A stretch of DNA of 64,000 nt from Dipteris shenzhenensis (taxonomy: Eukaryota), in the NCBI GenBank assembly GCA_047967505.1, contig CM106538.1. One strand, written 5' to 3'. The translations under genes were made by a program, and so were the position numbers. The notes beneath the pieces are model-generated. The model had not been told where the DNA came from, searched no databases, and worked only from the letters and a program-made list of their open reading frames with translations. Positions 1 to 11,825 of the stretch are shown here, piece by piece (within the stretch, counting starts at the first letter, position 1; each line of letters begins with the position of its first letter).

Positions 1-2220
1 CGTGCTAATGGACTCGCCATCACCTACCTATCCTATACAGAGAAGTATCACCACCAACAGCCCATAGCTTATATTCTTGCTTCAGTGCTCCCATCACCTC
101 TGGTCCATGTAGAAAAGTCACCTCTCAAGATCTCTCTTCCTCGTAATTCTCCTACAAGCCCACGTCTGCCTAGTTAGTAGTCGCAATCCCTTGTTCTCAG
201 AGCTCACGAAGCTCCCATCTCGTCTAAGGTGATTCCACCCGCAATCAAGATCCACACACCAACCAAAGTTCCCCGTCCCTGAGCTCGCATATCACCCCCA
301 CTTATGGCTCTCCTCCTCCTTGCCATTTCCAAGGTCCTTTGGCTCCTCAGCTGCCACCGACTTCTCCAGTAAAACCTCCTATTGCTCAAGATACTCCCTG
401 CTTCTCCTACTGATGGTGCACCTCTTAGCGACCCCCAACTCTTGGATAAGCAACCATTTGTCCCTCACTCCTTCCTTCTTAGAGATCCCCAGTCTCTTAT
501 CGCCCACTATCCTCCCTGCACTCCATCGTATCTGTCCTCTAGCTACAGTCTCGCGATGTGCGCTCCACTCTCCAGCCACCTAAGGCAATAGCTCCATCAT
601 CCTCACCCTTCTCATATACACCTACAATTTGCAATCCTTCCTCTTGGTCCTGCCTTCTGCCTAGTTGTGTTTCCCAACCCAGTAGCCCTCCACGAGCTCC
701 CCTACTTCTATCAAGAAGAGTCCCCCTGTCTCCTTATCCTTGTGCAATCCTTCTCTATTCATAGAGCTCCTTCCTGTGGTCGTTTAGCTCATATATTAGT
801 GACCCCCAGGAGCCTCCTGCAATCTTATCAAGTCGCATCGAATCCTCTTCCCTCCAAAAGCCACCATGGACCTCCCCTTTCAGCAACCATCACGTTCCCC
901 AGTTCCCAGCTACCACCTCACCTTTAGAAGTTTGTCCTTCAACCTCACGTAGCCACAATTTATGCATGCCTTTTTTATTATAGCCATGTCATCACCTTAT
1001 TTTCCACCACTCTTCCACCCTTCAAACTTTATACCAAGGCCCTTATTGCTCAAATCATTGACTATGTGCACACAAATGCATGCCACCAACATTTAGTGCC
1101 ATATTGCCCATACTACCACATATGGTGAACACCATCCTGACACAATGGATTTACAAGACAACCACGACAGAAAAATGCTCATGCCCTCATACAAAAAGCA
1201 CTCGGGACAACCATGAAAGCACATGTCATCCCTCAACAAAACACCATCACACTTTGGATGCCATGCTCTGGATTAGCCTGCTGCAACCTACACTGCATTT
1301 AATTATCTCCCAGGAGTCCTTGGAGAAGCATCTGCCATCTCAAGAAAGTATATCATCAATGTGGAGTCTTTCATGAGAGTGTCCATGGCTCATTTCCACT
1401 ACCAACTAGCTATGTACATAGCTATGCACTCACCTAGCAACATGCAACAAGTGAAAAACATTTTTTCATTTTTATCCACACAACGTGCTTTTAGACACAC
1501 AGACTATGAGCTGATTTTCGAGCCTACTTTTAGCACACTTGCTTTTCTCCACATTCTTTTAGTGTTGCGGCTTGCTTTCCTATTAACAAACACAACTCTA
1601 GGCATCCACACTCATCTCCAGGCTTACATTGTCATCCCCAAGCATACAAGAGAAGAGGGTGAACAAGGAAGAGAAGAAGGAGAAATAGCTTTGAAGAAGA
1701 ACAAGAAGCTTCCATAACTCTATCCAAGGTAAGTCTCTTGGCGGTTCGTCTTCTTTGGAAGTTGCTCTCCTTGGATTCGTCTTTTATCGTATGCAAGGAA
1801 GGGATGCTTTTGATACTAGTGTTGTTCCTTTTGGGGTCGGGCACATTCCTTTTTAGCTTCTTTTAAAAGGCGTCTATTGCAGCACGTCTATAGATGCGTC
1901 TAATAGTGCATAGAATTTTTGGAGAAATAGGAAGCCACGCCTGTAGATGCACTCTTAGATGCATCTATAGATGCGCTATGATAGTTTTCTTATGTTTTCT
2001 TGTGTGTTCTTCCCTTTCTCCTTCCCCTTCCCCTTCCCCTTCCCCTTCTCTTTCCCTTCCCCTTCCCCTTCCCCTTCCTTCTTTTTCCCTAATGCATTCA
2101 TGAGGAAATAAGGGATTGCATGAATGATGGAAATAAGTGATTGCATGAGGGAAGAAAGAGGAAAATGGGACTAAAGCATGAGGGTGGGATAAAGACAGAG
2201 AGCATGCATGATGGAGCATT

Positions 2221-2931
2221 CTCTTTCTCTCTTTTTTCTCCTCTTTGTTCCTCTCTTTTCCCCTCTCTTTTCCTCTATTTTCTCCTCTCTTTCCTTCTCT
2301 TTTTTCCTCTCTTTTTCTCTCTTATCTCCTCTCTTTTTTTCTCTCTTTTTTCTCCTCTCTTTTTGTCTCTTTTCCTCTCTTATCTCCTCTCTTTTTCTCT
2401 CTTTTTTCTCATCTCTTTTCCTCTTCTTTCTCCTCTCTTTCCTTCTCCTTTTTCCTCTCTTTTTCTCTCTTCTCTCTTTTTCCCTCTTTTCTCTCGTTTC
2501 TTTTCCTCTCTTTTCCTCTCTTTTCTCCTCTCTCTCCTTCTCTCTTTTTCTTTCTTTTATCCTCACTTTTTCTCTGTTTATCCTTCTCTCTTTTATCCTC
2601 TCTTTTCCTCTCTTATCTCCTCTCTTTTTCTCTCTTTTTTCTCATATCTTTTCCTCTCTTTTCTCCTCTCTTTCCTTCTCTTTTTTCCTCTATTTTCTCT
2701 CTTATCTCCTCTTTTTTTCTCTCTTTTTTCTCCTCTCTTTTCCTCTCTTTTCTCCTCTCTTTCCTTGAACACTCTTTTTCTCTCTTTTATCCTCTCTTTT
2801 TCCCCCTCTATTTTTACCTCTCTTTTCCTCTCTTTTCCTCTCTTTTCTCCTCTCTTTCCTTCTCTCTTTTCCTCTCTTTTCCCCTCTCTTTTCCTCTCTT
2901 TTCTCCTCTTTTTCCTTCTCTCTTTTTCCCC
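2221..2931. repeat. CT-rich (polypyrimidine) low-complexity tract
   Basis: Almost exclusively C/T, with degenerate TTTTCTCCTCTC units. The F/L/S-rich and R/K/E-rich ORFs here are compositional artefacts. Confidence 0.95.
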
Positions 2932-3821
2932 ACATGAAGCTTCAATAGCTTGACATTGAGCAATCAGATACAGACTTTTGTCACTCTAATTCAAAGAATG
3001 CAAGAGTTTGTAAATGCTTGCTCAATGTCAGGCTGTCACTCTATTTTTTCTTTTGCATGATGGAAAGAGGGCATGCTCGATGGTAATCTTCTTCTTTTCT
3101 TTTCTTTAGTTCATCATGTGGCGAGGAAGCTCTTCAACCTCACTCGATCTTTGGGATGCCATCTTTCAAGAGTTATATAACATTTTGGGGCACCCTCCCA
3201 CTCTTGGGGAGTTATTTACATACTTGATGGCTACTCTAAACACCCCCAAGGAGTCGGCAGTACAGACTCCAAACCACCCCAACCCCACACTATCTGAGAT
3301 TACCCTGGTGGAGTCGAGATAGCCCAATAGGCTACAGAGCCACGCCTCTTTTGGCCAATCATTAGAAGTTCCTTCTCCCTTATGGTCTAGTGTCTCTTCT
3401 CCCCTACGGCGGTCTGGAGCCCCTTCTCCCCACCTATGGTTAGGAGGCCCTTCTGCCTCACAGAGCCACTAGCGTACTCTCGTGCAGTCGAGAGTCACTT
3501 CTCTAGATATGAGTGGCCAACGTACTAGCTCAACATGATAGGGTAGCAGGCATAGCAGCAGGGAGAGCAGTGGGGGATGCATGGCATAGCGCTTTGGGGG
3601 GGGTAATGGTGGGGGCAGGGATGATTCAGATGATGCAGACGTGCCACAAGGTGATGGTACCATCTTCTATGTCATCACTTAGATAGGAGGCATCTTGATG
3701 GATGCATGGGGTGTGAAGATAGTGGGAGAGAGGGAAGGAGTCTCACTTGCGGCTTTCTCACATGCACAATGGGGGAATACAGACAAAGGTGGAGGCTGAA
3801 AACAGTTTTCCTCTTCTTAGT

Positions 3822-5546
3822 TGTGAAAGCCAAAAGAACTCTAGTACAAAGAAAATAGAAGAACCCTATATGTGGGTCTCAAACCAAACTCAACTAACTA
3901 AGGTGGCATACTAACTGAGCCACAAACTAGAATAGATAAGGATAGCTGTCATCCAGCTATTATTCGTGGGCGGTGTATCAACCGCATCTCCAGCTAACAA
4001 GTCGGTGACATAAATGCACAACAGTCACCCTGGCATATCGCGAGTGGAGCTCGATATCTCAACACTCCCCCTCGAGCTCAATCCCAATTCCTACACACCA
4101 AGTAGGTCTCTAAACTTGCGCAGCTTCTCTGTGCCCAATGCTTTTGTGAAGATGTCAGCTACCTGATCCTCTGTGCTGACATAAACTAGATCAATAAGAC
4201 CTAGTAACACTTTCTCCCGCACATAGTGATAATGCACCTCAATGTGCTTTGTTCTAGCATGAAAGATTGGGTTCTTTACCAAGTGTATACTGCTCATGTT
4301 GTCACAATAAATGACAACTGGCCCATCTGTAGACTGATGCATATCATAGAGTAGCTTATGCAACCAAGCTACCTCACATGCAGCCATTGCTGCACCCCTG
4401 TACTCAACCTCTGTGCTCGACAAGGCAACTGTAGGTTGTTTCTTGTTGCTCCAAGTGACTGCAGCACTCCCAAAAGAGAACACATATCCACTGGTAGATC
4501 ATTTATCAGAAATAACCAGCCCAATCAGCATCAGTGTATCCATGCAACTGTATCTGAACCCTAGCCTCATAAAATAGTCCATACTGCAATGTGGACTTCA
4601 CATACCTGAGTATGCGTCTAGCCGCATCCAAATGCGGTTTCCTTGGAGCCTGCATAAACTGACTTACCAATCCAATAGCATAGCTTAGATCTGGCCTGGT
4701 AATGGTCATATAAATCAAACTTCCTACTATGCGTCTGTACATAGTAGGGTCTTCCAAAAGCTCACCTGCATCTATGCTCAACTTCACATTCTGCTCCAAA
4801 GGAACTAAAATAGGCTTACAGCCTGTCATCCCATATTTGGACAGCATGTCCAATCCATACTGCCTCTGCAAGAGCTGTATCCCACTTGGTGATCTAATCA
4901 CCTCAATGCCCAAGAAATAACGTAGCTCTCCCAAATCCTTCATCTCAAACTTTTGCTTCAATAGCATTTTCACATGAAGGATGTCTTCATCACTATCACC
5001 TGTGATGATCAAATCATCAACATAAATGACAAGCAGCATAATACCCTTCTCTGTTTTTTTCACATAGAGTGAGAAATCTGCCTTGGAAATCTGAAAACCA
5101 ATAGTGACAAGATATTGTCCTATCTTGTCAGACCATGCTCTAGGTGCTTGCTTCAAGCCATACAAGGCTTTCTTCAACCTCCAAACAAACTCAGGATGAA
5201 TAGCATGAACATAACCTGCTGGCTGCTCCATAAAGACCTCTTCTTGCAAATCACCATGCAAGAAGGCATTCTTTACATCCATCTGATGTAAAGACTATCC
5301 CTTTGATGCGGCCATAGCAATGGCTGCTCTTACGGTTGCCATCCTTGCAACCGGGATGAAAGTCTCTTCATAATCAATGCCATATGTCTGTGCATACCCC
5401 TTGACAACTAATCTTGCCTTGTATCTATTCACAGAACCATCTGCATTGTGCTTGATCTTATAAACCCACTTACAGCCAATTGCATTCTTGTCTTTAGGCA
5501 AAGGCACCAATTCCCATGTAGCATTTGCATCCGAGGCATCCATCAT
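3822..5546 (-). mobile_element. 5'-truncated Ty1/Copia LTR retrotransposon (RT-RNase H, PPT, 3' LTR)
   Basis: Minus strand reads WELVPLPKDKNAIGCKWVYKIK, YKARLVVKG, QMDVKNAFLHG, YVDD, then RNase H (YCDNMS, ADIFTKAL). PPT GAGGGGGAG at 4065-4073 is followed by the LTR start TGTTGAGA at 4064. The LTR far end (~3822) is approximate. Confidence 0.9.
4091..5546 (-). pseudogene. Copia RT-RNase H pseudogene
   Basis: ORFs 5295-5546, 4506-5282 and 4091-4483 are split by an in-frame TAG at 5295 and a frameshift near 4500. Confidence 0.9.
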
Positions 5547-6190
5547 CTAAAAATTAATAGAAGTCGTGTATATAGGTTGTAAAAATATAGAGCTAGGAGG
5601 TTTCTTAAATACCCATTGAACACGCTTTCTATATGATATTTTCACATAATGCCTTGGGCCCCACACATTGAAACTCTAGGCAACTTGCTAGCCTATAAAA
5701 TACCCATTAGATAGTTCCTAGCTTCAGGCAAGTTGCTTGTCTATTAAATAGGTGTCCTTTACCTTTAAGAAAAGTTGGTGCCTTAGGCTGATTTGATTCA
5801 CACATTAATATAGTCCATATAGCTTGAAGCATTTATTTGCAGGGTGCTCTGCATGTCAAATCTGGCCATCCTTCATTCGCTTACCCATAAAGCTCTCTAC
5901 TAATGTGGGAGTTATTGAAAGCAATTCAACCCATTGTAAACACCAAATGCTAGCTTCCTATTGGCTAGACAATAGAAATAGAGCTCTAGTGCTCAAAATG
6001 GCACCCTCCAAAAGTGAGGTGTGAATTGTGAAATCAATGGTGCTTCACCTATGCCTCCATTTTTGTGCAAGCCTCCAAAGCTAGCTACTAGTGCCACATT
6101 TTGGGCTTCATCCTTAGAGGGGCATTTGGGTTCAAGAAGAATCGCCTTCACCTTTAGTATTGGTTGAGGGATATGAATAAAAGTGGCACT

Positions 6191-6310
6191 ATCAGGAAAC
6201 CACACCTTGGCACGTTTTATGAGTGTAGGCCCAAAAGAGAGGAAAAGCATGACTCTTGTGAGGGGGGTAGCATCAAGAAACCACACCTTGGCACGTTTTA
6301 TGAGTGTAGG
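6191..6310 (+). repeat. ~39-bp direct repeat (81-bp spacing) inside each array unit
   Basis: ATCA(G/A)GAAACCACACCTTGGCACGTTTTATGAGTGTAGG occurs twice per unit and contains an ACGT core. Confidence 0.9.
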
Positions 6311-9300
6311 TTCAAGAAGGCATGATTCCATTTGAACTCTTCATCACCAGTCTCCCAGGACTAGAGGGTTCATCTCCCATTCCCCCCTCCTAATGCATTG
6401 CAAGGACAACCTTCCTTGAACGTGTATTCTTTAACGAGGCCTATATAGTACCCATCAATATCCGATACTACTACACAAGAGGCTATTCCCATCGTTTATT
6501 CCTCCTCTTCCCCTTAACATATACAATAGAGTTGAGATAGACTTGAATGGAAACACTCCTCGCTATTCCAGTATATATTATGCTTTGTTGAAACAAAATT
6601 ATATTTACCAATTCTAGCATATTCATCACTCAAAAAAATTAATAGATGAAAGAAGTATTAACACTACTTGTGATAATGTTATCATGATACAAGATCATAA
6701 GGCATTTCTATGAAGAAGGACCTTATAGAAAAATCCTTTCACATGCCTTCTACTTCAATAAAAAGATTTCTTTAGTTTTTATTTCTTGCATAAAGATTTT
6801 CAAACAAATATATTTTAAATGAGTTTGATTTTGGAGGAAATTGCCTTTGCATATCTCCTCATTTGAAAACTAGCAATATAAAAAATTTGAATAGTCATTT
6901 TTTCAAGCCGTCCCATAGTGAAGCGTGAATTCAGACCCTCTTTTATCTAGTCGAAGTTCCTTTGGTAGAATGCAATGAAAGCCATGTGTCATGGGGAGAA
7001 AGAATAAGAGTCATGGATAATTGAATGTGTGCACCATATAGGCTCTCCACTCAACATGAACGGGATACGTGTGGGAGTCTTAAGTTCTTGAAAGGAAAAG
7101 AAAATCTATTGTACATCTCTCTCCATCAAATTGTTCAACAACTCCACATCCAAGGAGTTAACTAAGAAATATATGTGTGTGCATTTTTTTAAAAAAAGTG
7201 TTTTATTATTATTATTTTTTAAAAGCTGGGATTTTATTTTCTCGAGGAGTTAAAAAAATTATACATACATATGCAATTTTTTAATTCAACAAGTGAAAAT
7301 ATCCATATCAGAGGGGTATTTTTTTATCATCTGAAAATTAATAGAAGTGGTGTATATAGGTTGTAAAAATATAGAGCTAGGAGGTTTCTTAAATACCCAT
7401 TGAACACGCTTTCTATATGATATTTTCACATAATGCCTTGGGCCCCACACATTGAAATTCTAGGCAACTTGCTAGCCTATAAAATACCCATTAGATAGTT
7501 CCTAGCTTTAGGCAAGTTGATTGTCTATTAAATAGGTGTCCTTTACCTTTAAGAACAGTTGGTGCCTTAGGCTGATTTGATTCACACATTAATATAGTCC
7601 ATATAGCTTGAAGCATTTATTTGCAGGGTGCTCTGCATGTCAAATCTGGCCATCCTTCATTCGCTTACCCATAAAGCTCTCTACTAATGTGGGAGTTATT
7701 GAAGGCAATTCAACCCATTGTAAACACCAAATGCTAGCTTCCTATTGGCTAGACAATAGAAATAGAGCTCTAGTGCTCAAAATGGCACCCTCCAAAAGTG
7801 AGGTGTGAATTGTGAAATCAATGGTGCTTCACCTATGGTGCTTCACCTATGCCTCCATTTTTGTGCAAGCCTCCAAAGCTAGCTACTAGTGCCACATTTT
7901 GGGCTTCATCCTTAGAGGGGCATTTGGGTTCAAGAAGAATCGCCTTCACCTTTAGTATTGGTTGAGGGATATGAATAAAAGTGGCACTATCAGGAAACCA
8001 CACCTTGGCACGTTTTATGAGTGTAGGCCCAAAAGAGAGGAAAAGCATGACTCTTGTGAGGGGGGTAGCATCAAGAAACCACACCTTGGCACGTTTTATG
8101 AGTGTAGGTTCAAGAAGGCATGATTCCATTTGAACTCTTCATCACCAGTCTCCCAGGACTAGAGGGTTCATCTCCCATTCCCCCCTCCTAATGCATTGCA
8201 AGGACAACCTTCCTTGAACGTGTATTCTTTAACGAGGCCTATATAGTACCCATCAATATCCGATACTACTACACAAGAGGCTATTCCCATCGTTTATTCC
8301 TCCTCTTCCCCTTAACATATACAATAGAGTTGAGATAGACTTGAATGGAAACACTCCTCGCTATTCCAGTATATATTATGCTTTGTTGAAACAAAATTAT
8401 ATTTACCAATTCTAGCATATTCATCACTCAAAAAAATTAATAGATGAAAGAAGTATTAACACTACTTGTGATAATGTTATCATGATACAAGATCATAAGG
8501 CATTTCTATGAAGAAGGACCTTATAGAAAAATCCTTTCACATGCCTTCTACTTCAATAAAAAGATTTCTTTAGTTTTTATTTCTTGCATAAAGATTTTCA
8601 AACAAATATATTTTAAATGAGTTTGATTTTGGAGGAAATTGCCTTTGCATATCTCCTCATTTGAAAACTAGCAATATAAAAAATTTGAATAGTCATTTTT
8701 TCAAGCCGTCCCATAGTGAAGCGTGAATTCAGACCCTCTTTTATCTAGTCGAAGTTCCTTTGGTAGAATGCAATGAAAGCCATGTGTCATGGGGAGAAAG
8801 AATAAGAGTCATGGATAATTGAATGTGTGCACCATATAGGCTCTCCACTCAACATGAACGGGATACGTGTGGGAGTCTTAAGTTCTTGAAAGGAAAAGAA
8901 AATCTATTGTACATCTCTCTCCATCAAATTGTTCAACAACTCCACATCCAAGGAGTTAACTAAGAAATATATGTGTGTGCATTTTTTTAAAAAAAGTGTT
9001 TTATTATTATTATTTTTTAAAAGCTGGGATTTTATTTTCTCGAGGAGTTAAAAAAATTATACATACATATGCAATTTTTTAATTCAACAAGTGAAAATAT
9101 CCATATCAGAGGGGTATTTTTTTATCATCTGAAAATTAATAGAAGTGGTGTATATAGGTTGTAAAAATATAGAGCTAGGAGGTTTCTTAAATACCCATTG
9201 AACACGCTTTCTATATGATATTTTCACATAATGCCTTGGGCCCCACACATTGAAATTCTAGGCAACTTGCTAGCCTATAAAATACCCATTAGATAGTTCC

Positions 9301-11762
9301 TAGCTTCAGGCAAGTTGCTTGTCTATTAAATAGGTGTCCTTTACCTTTAAGAACAGTTGGTGCCTTAGGCTGATTTGATTCACACATTAATGTAGTCCAT
9401 ATAGCTTGAAGCATTTATTTGCAAGGTGCTCTGCATGTCAAATCTGGCCATCCTTCATTCGCTTACCCATAAAGCTCTCTACTAATGTGGGAGTTATTGA
9501 AGGCAATTCAACCCATTGTAAACACCAAATGCTAGCTTCCTATTGGCTAGACAATAGAAATAGAGCTCTAGTGCTCAAAATGGCACCCTCCAAAAGTGAG
9601 GTGTGAATTGTGAAATCAATGGTGCTTCACCTATGCCTCCAGTTTTGTGCAAGCCTCTAAAGCTAGCTACTAGTGCCGCATTTTGGGCTTCATCCTTAGA
9701 GGGGCATTTGGGTTCAAGAAGAATCGCCTTCACCTTTAGTATTGGTTGAGGGATATGAATAAAAGTGGCACTATCAGGAAACCACACCTTGGCACGTTTT
9801 ATGAGTGTAGGCCCGAAAGAGAGGAAAAGCATGACTCTTGTGAGGGGGGTAGCATCAAGAAACCACACCTTGGCACGTTTTATGAGTGTAGGTTCAAGAA
9901 GGCATGATTCCATTTGAACCCTTCATCACTAGTCTCCCAGGACTAGAGGGTTCATCTCCCATTCCCCCCTCCTAATGCATTGCAAGGACAACCTTCCTTG
10001 AACGTGTATTCTTTAACGAGGCCTATATAGTACCCATCAATATCCGATACTACTACACAAGAGGCTATTCCCATCGTTTATTCCTCCTCTTCCCCTTAAC
10101 ATATACAATAGAGTTGAGATAGACTTGAATGGAAACACTCCTCGCTATTCCATTATATATTATGCTTTGTTGAAACAAAATTATATTTACCAATTCTAGC
10201 ATATTCATCACTCAAAAAAATTAATAGATGAAAGAAGTATTAACACTACTTGTGATAATGTTATCATGATACAAGATCATAAGGCATTTCTATGAAGAAG
10301 GACCTTATAGAAAAATCCTTTCACATGCCTTCTACTTCAATAAAAAGATTTCTTTAGTTTTTATTTCTTGCATAAAGATTTTCAAACAAATATATTTTAA
10401 ATGAGTTTTATTTTGGAGGAAATTGCCTTTGCATATCTCCTCATTTGAAAACTAGCAATATAAAAAATTTGAATAGTCATTTTTTCAAGCCATCCCATAG
10501 TGAAGCGTGAATTCAGACCCTCTTTTATCTAGTCGAAGTTCCTTTGGTAGAATGCAATGAAAGCCATGTGTCATGGGGAGAAAGAATAAGAGTCGTGGAT
10601 GATTGAATGTGTGCACCATATAGGCTCTCCACTCAACATGAACAGGATACGTGTGGGAGTCTTAAGTTCTTGAAAGGAAAAGAAAATCTATTGTACATCT
10701 CTCTCCATCAAATTGTTCAACAACTCCACATCCAAGGAGTTAACTAAGAAATATATGTGTGTGCATTTTTTTAAAAAAAGTGTTTTATTATTATTTTTTT
10801 TTAAAAGCTGGGATTTTATTTTCTCGAGGAGTTAAAAAAATTATACATACATATGCAATTTTTTAATTCAACAAGTGAAAATATCCATATCAGAGGGGTA
10901 TTTTTTTATCATCTGAAAATTAATAGAAGTGGTGTATATAGGTTGTAAAAATATAGAGCTAGGAGGTTTCTTAAATACCCATTGAACACGCTTTCTATAT
11001 GATATTTTCACATAATGCCTTGGGCCCCACACATTGAAATTCTAGGCAACTTGCTAGCTTATAAAATACCCATTAGATAGTTCCTAGCTTCAGGCAAGTT
11101 GCTTGTCTATTAAATAGGTGTCCTTTACCTTTAAGAACAGTTGGTGCCTTAGGCTGATTTGATTCACACATTAATGTAGTCCATATAGCTTGAAGCATTT
11201 ATTTGCAGGGTGCTCTGCATGTCAAATCTGGCCATCCTTCATTCGCTTACCCATAAATCTCTCTACTAATGTAGGAGTTATTGAAGGCAATTCAACCCAT
11301 TGTAAACACCAAATGCTAGCTTCCTATTGGCTAGACAATAGAAATAGAGCTCTAGTGCTCAAAATGGCACCCTCCAAAAGTGAGGTGTGAATTGTGAAAT
11401 CAATGGTGCTTCACCTATGCGTCCATTTTTGTGCAAGCCTCCAAAGCTAGCTACTAGTGCCGCATTTTGGGCTTCATCCTTAGAGGGGCATTTGGGTTCA
11501 AGAAGAATCGCCTTCACCTTTAGTATTGGTTGAGGGATATGAATAAAAGTGGCACTATCAAGAAACCACACCTTGGCACGTTTTATGAGTGTAGGCCCGA
11601 AAGAGAGGAAAAGCATGACTCTTGTGAGGGGGGTAGCATCAAGAAACCACACCTTGGCACGTTTTATGAGTGTAGGTTCAAGAAGGCACGATTCCATTTG
11701 AACCCTTCATCACAATGCATTGCAAGGACAACCTTCCTTGAACGCGTATTCTTTAACGAGGC

Positions 11763-11770
11763 CTATATAG
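11763..11770 (+). promoter_or_regulatory. Possible TATA box of the UGT gene
   Basis: CTATATAG lies ~60 bp upstream of the ATG at 11826. The same motif recurs in every array copy. Confidence 0.4.
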
Positions 11771-11825
11771 TACCCATCCTTGGACTACCCATTTTGGGCT
11801 AGCAATTTGCCAAGTCTTAGTAGGC

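Larger units (their letters stand above)
5542..11778 (+). repeat. Head-to-tail tandem array of a ~1.79-kb unit (3 full copies + 1 partial)
   Basis: Copies start at ATCATC 5542, 7326, 9124 and 10908 (periods 1784, 1798, 1784) and are near-identical. Copy 2 has a 14-bp internal duplication (~7821-7848). Copy 4 lacks a 44-bp segment and ends at TACCCATC 11778. Confidence 0.97.

Noticed and set aside
1-1850. Short ORFs suggesting a decayed element
   Set aside because: No motif could be recognised with confidence.
2141-2953. Long F/L/S-rich and R/K/E-rich ORFs
   Set aside because: Translations of a CT low-complexity tract.
6191-6310. CRISPR-like repeat-spacer-repeat geometry
   Set aside because: Only two repeats per unit, near-identical spacers, a eukaryotic context and no cas genes.
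5824-11697. Repeated 66-aa and 112-aa ORFs, resembling a tandem gene family
   Set aside because: They recur only because the DNA is duplicated. They have no recognisable domain, and the internal peptide repeat just mirrors the 39-bp DNA repeat.
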